Source of the DNA: Bifidobacterium longum subsp. longum JCM 1217
GTDB lineage: Bacteria; Actinomycetota; Actinomycetes; Actinomycetales; Bifidobacteriaceae
NCBI RefSeq assembly: GCF_000196555.1
Contig: NC_015067.1
Location: 2,100,001-2,132,000, forward strand
Direction: 5' to 3'
Length of the DNA stretch: 32,000 nucleotides
How positions within the stretch are numbered: the stretch's first letter is position 1; each line of letters begins with the position of its first letter. Shown here one piece after another: positions 16,320 through 23,126 of this stretch. Under the pieces are notes generated by a model, which ran no database searches, was not told the DNA's origin, and worked only from the letters and a program-made list of their open reading frames with translations. The translations under genes were made by a program, and so were the position numbers.

Positions 16320-17435
16320 TTACCGGCTCGCCTTGATCTTGTGGGCCAGCTCGGCGTCCCACATCGCGCCGGTTGCGGACATCACCGAATCCGCGCCGGC
16401 GTTTCTGTATGCCTGATAGTCGGCCGGCGAAACCACGCCGCCCACGCCATTGATCTTGAAATCAAGACCGAGCTTCTCGCGGATCGCGGCCAGACGGGCG
16501 ACCATGTCGAGGCCGGCACCACGAATCGCATTGCCACACACGCCGGAGCGATCACGGCCTGCACCGGGCAGGGCCTGATTGCCATTGGCATCGACCAGTT
16601 TGGCGGAAATCGTATTGATGGTGCTGAATCCCTGCACAGTGCCGTGGCCCACGGTGGAACGCACCATGAGTTCAAGGTCGCCGTCGCTGGGGATGTAGGC
16701 GAGCTTGACCATCAGCGGGATGTCGCCGATCTCCTGCTTCACGGCCTCGGTGATGCGGCCCACGAGCAGCGGATTGTGGCATAGCAGGCGGTTGTGGCCC
16801 TCGTTGGGGCAGCTGGTGTTCATCACCATGAGCTTGGCACCGGTCTCCTTGACCAGGCGGGCGGTAGTGGCATGGTCGGCGATGTATTCCTCCTCGCTCA
16901 TGCCCTCCACACGCGAGCCTTGGAAGCTCGGGACCAGCACTTGACCGGGACCGGCGGCCTCGATGGCGGCGCGCATGTCCGGCTGCCAGACGTCAGGGCT
17001 CTGCGAGGGCACACCGAAGCTGTTGGAGATGGAAATCGGCTGTTCATAGTTGGTGTCGGCCAGCACGCCTTCGTCCAGTTCGGCGCTGCCCGGCGTCAGT
17101 GAACCGTCCGCCGACTTGGGGTGTACGGCGAGCACGTTCGGGAACGGGTTGCAGCCCCAGGCGCGCGAACGCACGGTTTTGTAGGTCGCCAGATCGAAGC
17201 CCATGCGGAAGGCGGCCGTGGTGAAGCGGCTGTTGAGCAGCGGGCCTGCGGGAATGCCGAAAGGCAGGTTGACCGGCTGGCCCAGGAAGGAGGCCGAGGC
17301 ACCCTCGCTGGTGGTTCCGGCGGCATCGGCACCGTTGCCATCCTTCAGCGCCTCGGCGAACGCGCCGAACGGCCCTTGCTCATAGTTGTCTTCGTAGCTG
17401 CGGCTGACGTCGTAAAACGGCTCAAAATCACTCAT
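16320..17435 (-). CDS. Dihydroorotate dehydrogenase / dihydropyrimidine dehydrogenase-family FMN TIM-barrel protein (stand-alone, with an N-terminal extension)
   Basis: 371-aa ORF. LPFGIPAGPL, the active-site loop NTSCPNEGHN (a class-1 DHOD-type NxSCPN with Cys) and GVGGVVSPADY are DHO_dh family features. No pyrK or other pyr genes are adjacent. Confidence 0.8.
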   Translation of the reverse strand: MSDFEPFYDVSRSYEDNYEQGPFGAFAEALKDGNGADAAGTTSEGASASFLGQPVNLPFGIPAGPLLNSRFTTAAFRMGFDLATYKTVRSRAWGCNPFPNVLAVHPKSADGSLTPGSAELDEGVLADTNYEQPISISNSFGVPSQSPDVWQPDMRAAIEAAGPGQVLVPSFQGSRVEGMSEEEYIADHATTARLVKETGAKLMVMNTSCPNEGHNRLLCHNPLLVGRITEAVKQEIGDIPLMVKLAYIPSDGDLELMVRSTVGHGTVQGFSTINTISAKLVDANGNQALPGAGRDRSGVCGNAIRGAGLDMVARLAAIREKLGLDFKINGVGGVVSPADYQAYRNAGADSVMSATGAMWDAELAHKIKASR

Positions 17436-17745
17436 GCTTCAACGATAAGCCAACCTACATGCGTACACGCACACTCAACCCACCATCGCGCCGTCAAACG
17501 AAATAATGGCGAAAGCGGCATTGGCTACCACAAAGATGATGAACGTCGGAGCTGCCCAGCCAAAGTACGTGTCTGGAATACTACGATTCGTACGGTGATA
17601 TTGGCGCAAACTTAAATAGTGCAAACACACCCTAGAAGAGATAGGAGGGAATGGCACTTTCTCGCGTTGTTGGTGGAAGTATTTGGGATGCTAAGCGAGT
17701 TGCCGCATTGGAACCAGACGATTGCGTGAAGTGACCCTATACGTA

Positions 17746-17779
17746 AAAGGTCTCACTGGCGAGAGCCAGTGAGACCTTT
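17746..17779 (-). terminator. Strong hairpin terminator downstream of leuCD (15-bp stem, GAGA loop), potentially bidirectional
   Basis: AAAGGTCTCACTGGC-GAGA-GCCAGTGAGACCTTT, with T-runs on both strands (TTTTACG on the minus strand, TTTGTCT on the plus strand). Confidence 0.7.
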
Positions 17780-17905
17780 GTCTGATGCGATGCGAGCGAC
17801 CCAATAATCTCAATCAGACACAGAGCCAACGGCCCTGGGCCTGCAATTATGGACTCGCCTTTCGGCGAGGCTCAATGCTGGCCTCGCTGCTGTCGCAGCT
17901 CGGCA

Positions 17906-17939
17906 GGCCGATCGCGGCTAAATAATGCCGCGATCGGCC
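17906..17939 (-). other. 13-bp-stem hairpin enclosing the leuD stop codon
   Basis: GGCCGATCGCGGC-TAAATAAT-GCCGCGATCGGCC. The stop codon (17918-17920) and the last two Ile codons sit at or in the loop. Confidence 0.5.
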
Positions 17940-18610
17940 AACGGCCCTGTCCAGTCTGCGTCCTCAGGCTCGCGGGCGGACTCGATTCTTTCTTCGGCCC
18001 AGTGTTTGGCGGGGATGGTCTTGGGCTTGAAGGGAAACTTTTCGGCGCGCATCTTTTCGTAGGCGGCGATGTCGTCCTCGTGCTGCAGCGTCAGATCGAT
18101 ATCGTCGTAGCCGTTCATCAGACGCCAACGCACGTAATCGTTGACCTCGAACGGCAGGGTCACGTCGCCGCAAGTGACAGTGCGGGTCTCCAGCGAGACA
18201 GTCATCTCACGACCAGGCTCTTCCTCCAGTAGCTTCCACAGGAGTTCGACGGACTCCTGCGGCATAATCGCGGCCAGCACGCCGTTCTTGGCGGTGTTGC
18301 CGTAGAAGATGTCGGCGAAGCTCGGCGCGATGACCACGCGGAAACCGTAATCGTGCAGCGCCCACACGGCGTGCTCGCGGGAGGAGCCGATGCCGAATTC
18401 GGGGCCGGCGACCAGAATCTGGCCCTTACCGGCGTATTCCGGCTTGTTGAGCACGAAGTTCGGGTCTCGGCGCCATGCGTAGAACAGGGCGTCATCGAAG
18501 CCGGACTTGGTCACGCGCTTCAAGAACACAGCGGGAATGATCTGGTCGGTATCGACGTTGGAGCGGCGCAGCGGCACGCCCACGCCGGTCAGTGTGGTGA
18601 GTTTTTCCAT
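17918..18610 (-). CDS. leuD: 3-isopropylmalate dehydratase small subunit
   Basis: 230-aa [21 protein letters not shown] and [17 protein letters not shown] are LeuD hallmarks. SD AAAGGA lies upstream. Confidence 0.95.
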   Translation of the reverse strand: MEKLTTLTGVGVPLRRSNVDTDQIIPAVFLKRVTKSGFDDALFYAWRRDPNFVLNKPEYAGKGQILVAGPEFGIGSSREHAVWALHDYGFRVVIAPSFADIFYGNTAKNGVLAAIMPQESVELLWKLLEEEPGREMTVSLETRTVTCGDVTLPFEVNDYVRWRLMNGYDDIDLTLQHEDDIAAYEKMRAEKFPFKPKTIPAKHWAEERIESAREPEDADWTGPLADRGII

Positions 18611-18625
18611 AACAATTTTCCTTTC

Positions 18626-18678
18626 GGGGATCTCTCCCCCAGTCAGTCTTCGACTGACAGCCCCTCGTCAGAGGGGGC
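18626..18678. repeat. Three consecutive small hairpins in the leuC-leuD gap (REP-like)
   Basis: GGGGA-TCTC-TCCCC (18626-18639). GTCAGTC-TTC-GACTGAC (18642-18658). AGCCCCTC-GTCA-GAGGGGCT (18659-18678). Confidence 0.65.
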
Positions 18679-18692
18679 TCACGTGTATTGAC

Positions 18693-20096
18693 TCAGAGAT
18701 CGGCGGGAGACGAGATTGTGCCGCGGATGGCGGTGGCGGCGGCTACGGCCGGCGACGCCAGATGCGTGCGCGAGCCCTTGCCTTGGCGGCCCTCGAAGTT
18801 ACGGTTCGAAGTGGAAATCGAGCGCTCGTTCGGCACCAGCTTGTCCGGGTTCATGCCCAGGCACATCGAGCAGCCGGCGTTACGCCATTCGGCGCCAAAG
18901 TCCTTGAACACCTTATCGAGGCCTTCCTTCTCCGCCTGCAAACGCACGCGGGAGGAGGCCGGCACCACCAGCACGCGGTGGATGTTCTCGGCCTTGCGGT
19001 GGCCCTTCATAATCGCGGCGGCCTGGCGCAAATCGTCGATACGACCGTTGGTGCACGAACCAATGAACACGGTGTCCACGGCGATGTCCTTGATCGGCAT
19101 GCCTGGCTTCAAACCCATGTATGTAATCGCACGTTCGGCGGCGGCGCGCTTGGTGGCGTCGGCGATCTTGCCCGGCTCCGGCACGGCGGCGGTGATCGGC
19201 AGACCTTGGCCGGGGTTGGTGCCCCACGTCACATATGGACCGAGCTTGGTGGCGTCGATGTCCACCACCTTGTCGAATACGGCATCGTCATCGGTCTTCA
19301 GCGTCTTCCAGTACGCCACGGCCTGATCCCACAGCTCGCCTTCCGGCGCGTGCGGACGGCCCTTCAGGTACTCGAACGTGGTCTCGTCCGGCGCGATCAT
19401 GCCGGCACGCGCACCGGCCTCGATGGACATATTGCACACGGTCATACGTTCGTCCATGGTGAGGTTGCGAATCGCCTCACCACGGTATTCGATCACGTAA
19501 CCCTGGCCGCCGCCGGTGCCGATCTTGGCGATGATCGCCAGAATGATGTCCTTGGCCGTCGCGTCCGCGGGCAGCTTGCCGTTGACGTTGACGGCCATGG
19601 TCTTGAACGGCTTCAGGGACAGCGTCTGTGTGGCCATCACGTGTTCGACTTCGGAAGTGCCGATGCCGAACGCCAGCGCGCCGAACGCGCCGTGCGTCGA
19701 CGTATGCGAATCACCGCACACGATGGTCATGCCCGGCTGGGTCAGGCCCAGAATCGGGGCGAACGCGTGGACGATGCCCTGATCGGCGTCGCCCAGCGGG
19801 TGCAGGCGCACGCCGAACTCCTTGCAGTTCTTCTCCAAAGTCGTCAACTGCAACGCGCTCGTCTCATCCGGGTTCGGGCGATCGATATCAACGGTCGGCG
19901 TGTTGTGATCCTCGGTGGCAATGAGCTGATCCACGTGACGCGGCTTGCGGCCGGCCAAGCGCAGGCCCTCAAACGCCTGCGGGCTGGTGACCTCATGCAT
20001 GAGCATCAGATCGATGTACAGCAAATCAGGGGCTCCGTCGCTGCCCTTGCGCACCAGATGATCGGCCCAGACCTTCTCGGCCAGTGTCGTTCCCAT
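18693..20096 (-). CDS. leuC: 3-isopropylmalate dehydratase large subunit
   Basis: The ORF-track entry 18693..20129 is trimmed to ATG 20096 ([15 protein letters not shown]...), with SD GGAGGA 6 nt upstream. Aconitase-family motifs are present ([19 protein letters not shown], the CSMCLGMN cluster ligands). Confidence 0.95.
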   Translation of the reverse strand: MGTTLAEKVWADHLVRKGSDGAPDLLYIDLMLMHEVTSPQAFEGLRLAGRKPRHVDQLIATEDHNTPTVDIDRPNPDETSALQLTTLEKNCKEFGVRLHPLGDADQGIVHAFAPILGLTQPGMTIVCGDSHTSTHGAFGALAFGIGTSEVEHVMATQTLSLKPFKTMAVNVNGKLPADATAKDIILAIIAKIGTGGGQGYVIEYRGEAIRNLTMDERMTVCNMSIEAGARAGMIAPDETTFEYLKGRPHAPEGELWDQAVAYWKTLKTDDDAVFDKVVDIDATKLGPYVTWGTNPGQGLPITAAVPEPGKIADATKRAAAERAITYMGLKPGMPIKDIAVDTVFIGSCTNGRIDDLRQAAAIMKGHRKAENIHRVLVVPASSRVRLQAEKEGLDKVFKDFGAEWRNAGCSMCLGMNPDKLVPNERSISTSNRNFEGRQGKGSRTHLASPAVAAATAIRGTISSPADL

Positions 20097-20249
20097 AGTG
20101 ATTCCTCCAAAAAATTCCGCGCGAGGCATTGTGTTCGCGCCTTGTTCGTGGTATTAGCCTATGTGCTTGCGATGGGCCCGGCCATGAGCATGCCGGATAT
20201 TGAGATACGGTCAAATGATGGCCTCAATATGACTCGGACCCGACTCGAA

Positions 20250-20264
20250 CATGACCTAGTCATG
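20250..20264. promoter_or_regulatory. Inverted repeat CATGAC-CTA-GTCATG in the leuC/IclR divergent region, flanked by the direct repeat ATGACTCGG (20229-20237, 20262-20270)
   Basis: Read directly. Confidence 0.35.
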
Positions 20265-20350
20265 ACTCGGTTCCGCTCCAGACATGTCTCTTCGGCATCC
20301 ACGAACGCCCTTTCAACTTCATGGCCACCCTGTGAGACACTTCCCCAATT

Positions 20351-20375
20351 TGCCATTTCACTATGTGAGATGGCA
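20351..20375. promoter_or_regulatory. Candidate IclR operator: TGCCATTTCAC-TAT-GTGAGATGGCA (10/11 matches)
   Basis: Read directly. It ends 15 nt upstream of the IclR ATG and overlaps a CATAAT -10-like hexamer (20374-20379). Confidence 0.45.
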
Positions 20376-20389
20376 TAATCGCCCTTATT

Positions 20390-21190
20390 ATGACTGATTC
20401 CCGGGAAGAACCATTGAACAACAGCTTGACCGAGTCCGAGCCGGTTGAAGACACCACCGCCAAGGACGATGGGGAAATCCATTCCGGCGTTGGCGTCCTT
20501 GATAAAACCGTAAAGATTCTTGACGCACTGGAATCCGGCCCGTCTACGCTGGGCCAGCTTGTGGCCGCCACCGGTCTCGCTCGACCGACCGCACATCGTT
20601 TGGCTATTGCACTGGAACGCCACCGTTTCGTACTGCGCGACCAGCATGGCCGATTCGTACTCGGCTCCCGTTTCGCCGAACTTGCCGCCGCAGCAGGCGA
20701 GGATCGTCTGCTGACCGCCGCCGGCCCGATCCTGCAGACCCTGCTCGATCGCACTGGCGAGTCTGCGCAGATTTACCGCCGCCAAGGCGATCAGCGCGTG
20801 TGCATCGCCGCTGTGGAACGCACCTCCGGCCTACGTGATTCCATTCCGGTGGGTGCCATGCTGTCGATGGAAGCCGGTTCCGCCGCCCAGATTCTTCTGG
20901 CTTGGGAGGATTCCGACCGTCTGCACCAGGGATTGCGCCACGCCAAGTTCACCGCCACCAAGCTGGCCGCCGTACGCAAGCGCGGCTGGTCCGAGTCCGT
21001 GAACGAACGCGAAGAGGGCGTGTGCTCGATTTCCGCCCCGATCCGCAACGCCTCCGGCCAGGTCATCGCCGCCATCTCGATTTCCGGCCCGACCGGCCGC
21101 ATGGGTGCCGCCCCCGGACGCCGCTATGCGCCGCTGGTGATGGCCGCCGGCAAGTACCTCACCGAGGCACTGGTCAAAGCCGTTCGCTGA
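20390..21190 (+). CDS. IclR-family transcriptional regulator, divergent from leuCD (LtbR-like arrangement)
   Basis: 266-aa ORF with an N-terminal wHTH (VLDKTVKILDALESGPSTLGQLVAATGLARPTAHRLAIALE) and a C-terminal IclR effector domain. An IclR regulator next to leuCD is known from Corynebacterium (LtbR) and Mycobacterium; this is from memory. Confidence 0.85.
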   Translation: MTDSREEPLNNSLTESEPVEDTTAKDDGEIHSGVGVLDKTVKILDALESGPSTLGQLVAATGLARPTAHRLAIALERHRFVLRDQHGRFVLGSRFAELAAAAGEDRLLTAAGPILQTLLDRTGESAQIYRRQGDQRVCIAAVERTSGLRDSIPVGAMLSMEAGSAAQILLAWEDSDRLHQGLRHAKFTATKLAAVRKRGWSESVNEREEGVCSISAPIRNASGQVIAAISISGPTGRMGAAPGRRYAPLVMAAGKYLTEALVKAVR

Positions 21191-21223
21191 AACATACCAG
21201 TCAATCCAACCGATAGCCCAACC

Positions 21224-21268
21224 GGCAGAAATCCCGCGTCACAACGAAAGAGACGCGGGATTTCTGCC
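21224..21268. terminator. 17-bp-stem hairpin between the convergent IclR and metallophosphoesterase genes
   Basis: GGCAGAAATCCCGCGTC-(11-nt loop)-GACGCGGGATTTCTGCC, a perfect stem. There is no clear U-tract on either side. Confidence 0.55.
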
Positions 21269-21337
21269 ACTAATACACAGCGGAAGGCCACCGAAACCTC
21301 GAATACTTCGCGCCGCTTTCCGCCTCTATCAGGAACA

Positions 21338-21373
21338 GTTACCTGAATAAACCGGGTTACCTGAATAAACCGG
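21338..21373. repeat. Perfect tandem duplication of the 18-bp unit GTTACCTGAATAAACCGG spanning the metallophosphoesterase stop codon
   Basis: Units at 21338-21355 and 21356-21373, read directly. The second unit encodes the last 5 codons plus the stop (SGLFR*). Confidence 0.95.
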
Positions 21374-22652
21374 ACAGTTGACTCCATAGCGACGGCTTGC
21401 GCAGCAAATCATCACCCTCGCCCTCGCCAGGCGCGGTTTGGTTCACCGCATAGGTATAGGCGCGTTTGGAACTGGGCTTGCCCACCAGTTCGCCAAACTC
21501 CAGCAATTGCGTACGCGGCTCGTAAGGGTGACGGATATCAAATTCGATCAATCGCGTGGCACGTTTGGCCGGAGCCGGTCCGTACGTATTGAATCCGCAG
21601 GTTGGCGTAGCGATAAGCAACAGACCCTCATGTTCGCCGACGAAACCGTTGCGATGATCATGACCAGCTACGACGCCGAAATACCCCTCGCGCAGCAATT
21701 CGAATTCGCCTGACGTATCAGGGCAGGATATGCCTTCTCCCAAATATCCGCCGGGCTGGGTTTGCAATTCGTCCAGCACGTAGTAGGTATCGGCGTGCGA
21801 ACGATAGCCCTGCATGGCAAACGCCGCGTTGGCCGCCACCGGCTTCAGCACGTTGTAATACTCGGGCATCGGCATGTGCTGGAACACCATTGATTTCGCA
21901 CCGATACGGTCGGGCACGGCGTTCAGGAAGGCGAGCGCTGCGGGCGATGGTGCGCCGAAGCCGCCGCCATGCACGTAATCGCCGGAGTCAAGAATGACCA
22001 GACCCAGCACATTGCGCGTATGGTCAACGTCCATAACCGGCAGCGCGAAGGTGCCTGGTTCACCGGAACCAGTGGCACCAGACAGCGTCTGCACAGCACC
22101 ACCCGCTCCACAGGTGTATGCAATCTGGTTCGGCAAGGTCTCACTCGGCGGATTGACACAACCGGGGAACTCACGATAGATACCGTCCAGTTCCGCATTG
22201 CTTAGCCCGCATTGGAAATCATGGTTGCCATACGTCACAGCCCACGGAATGCCGCGCGCCGCCAACGGCTCAGTGAACTGGCCAATGGCCTTGCGCACCA
22301 GCGCTCGGGTATGGTTCAGCGCGGATTCGGCAATAGGTTCGTCACACCAGCGACGTTTACGGAATGAATCGGCGAACGCCGGATCGTAGCCGGCGATCTG
22401 GTTGCCGGAGAAAATCACCAGATCAGGCCGTGTGGCATCAAGGCTGGCCTCAATCAGGGTGATGGTGTCTTTGGAGACTTTCGGCCCATCCTGAATGTCG
22501 GCAATCTGCAGCACGCGGAACTTGCCGGAATAGTGGAATTGCAGTCGTCCGAGACGCGCAGAGATAGAGACCGGACGGCCGTCTTCGGCATCGGCCGGCT
22601 TGATACGAGGTTTCGACGACATCCCCTCTGGCGTACGCTGTGTTTCCGTCAT
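21357..22652 (-). CDS. Calcineurin-like / purple-acid-phosphatase-like metallophosphoesterase
   Basis: ORF 21357..22670 starts with GTG at 22670, and the first ATG is at 22652 (MTETQRT...). The start is uncertain. Motifs YGNHDF, VFQHMPMP and GHDHRNG are visible. The N-terminal motifs read ADIQDG and SGNQI where DxH/DxG and GDxx are usual. Confidence 0.8.
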   Translation of the reverse strand: MTETQRTPEGMSSKPRIKPADAEDGRPVSISARLGRLQFHYSGKFRVLQIADIQDGPKVSKDTITLIEASLDATRPDLVIFSGNQIAGYDPAFADSFRKRRWCDEPIAESALNHTRALVRKAIGQFTEPLAARGIPWAVTYGNHDFQCGLSNAELDGIYREFPGCVNPPSETLPNQIAYTCGAGGAVQTLSGATGSGEPGTFALPVMDVDHTRNVLGLVILDSGDYVHGGGFGAPSPAALAFLNAVPDRIGAKSMVFQHMPMPEYYNVLKPVAANAAFAMQGYRSHADTYYVLDELQTQPGGYLGEGISCPDTSGEFELLREGYFGVVAGHDHRNGFVGEHEGLLLIATPTCGFNTYGPAPAKRATRLIEFDIRHPYEPRTQLLEFGELVGKPSSKRAYTYAVNQTAPGEGEGDDLLRKPSLWSQLSGLFR

Positions 22653-22674
22653 GCCCTCCACTGTACACACAAAC

Positions 22675-22701
22675 GAAAAGGCCCGCCGGAGCGGGCCTTT
22701 T
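22675..22701. terminator. Intrinsic-terminator-like hairpin GAAAA-GGCCCGC-CGGA-GCGGGCC-TTTT directly upstream of the metallophosphoesterase start
   Basis: 7-bp GC stem flanked by an A-run and a T-run, so it could function in either direction. It ends 5-23 nt from the candidate start codons. Confidence 0.55.
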
Positions 22702-23126
22702 CTACAAGTTCAACTACTGGAGCAGAATCTCTGCACAACATCATCGTTGTAACGGTAAGTCTTTCCAATGCCCGTCCAACGTAACAGTCCTCGTGACCAT
22801 ACACTATTTGTGGGCTCTGCTCTGTTCAGTTGTTCTTGTACCTCATAATCTATTCATCACTCCCGTTTCTCGCAACCTGCAGAGAGTCGTTGTGCGTTTT
22901 TTATCACAACTGTTCAATCGCACTTTCTGGCTATCGGAAAACGAGCTGAACCGTTCACATCGAACCCGTCCGATGTTCGATTTCGTTCGTTTCACCGCCG
23001 CTCACGGCGTGTCGCGAGCGACGCTAGCACACTCAAAACCAACCAACACCGAACTAACATGAACACCCGTTGAATTCTGGCGCGTTCAGTCGTTTTCCGG
23101 CCACGCCAAAGCTTACGATATAAGCT

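Noticed and set aside
17475-17657. 60-codon minus-strand ORF from the track with a TM-like C-terminus.
   Set aside because: It starts with GTG and has no SD. The first half uses codons that are rare in high-GC genes (TCT, AGG, TTA, AGT, TTG). It cannot be distinguished from chance without conservation data.
17651-17734. 27-codon plus-strand ORF (MALSRVVGGSIWDAKRVAALEPDDCVK) preceded by a perfect AGGAGG and followed by the 17746-17779 hairpin.
   Set aside because: Only 2 nt separate the SD from the ATG, far below a functional spacing. Codon usage is atypical for this genome and no family is recognisable. It is kept only as part of the leader-region finding.
20368-20395. dif-like XerCD site: GGCATAA-TCGCCC-TTATTATG resembles the CATAA-N6-TTATG core of dif.
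   Set aside because: Only about 7/11 matches in each arm to the E. coli dif arms as I remember them. The central hexamer is GC-rich rather than AT-rich, and the site overlaps the IclR start codon. It is more simply explained as a -10 region plus the ATG.
22649-22744. 31-codon upstream ORF (MMLCRDSAPVVELVEKARSGGPFRLCVQWRA) whose TGA overlaps the ATG (22652) of the metallophosphoesterase as ATGA.
   Set aside because: Third-position G+C is low, there is no SD, and the terminator hairpin lies in the middle of it. It is likely fortuitous, although translational coupling cannot be excluded.
22960-22980. LexA/SOS box: TCGAAC...GTTCGA.
   Set aside because: The half-sites match, but the spacer is 9 nt instead of the canonical 4. 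It is reported only as an unassigned palindrome.
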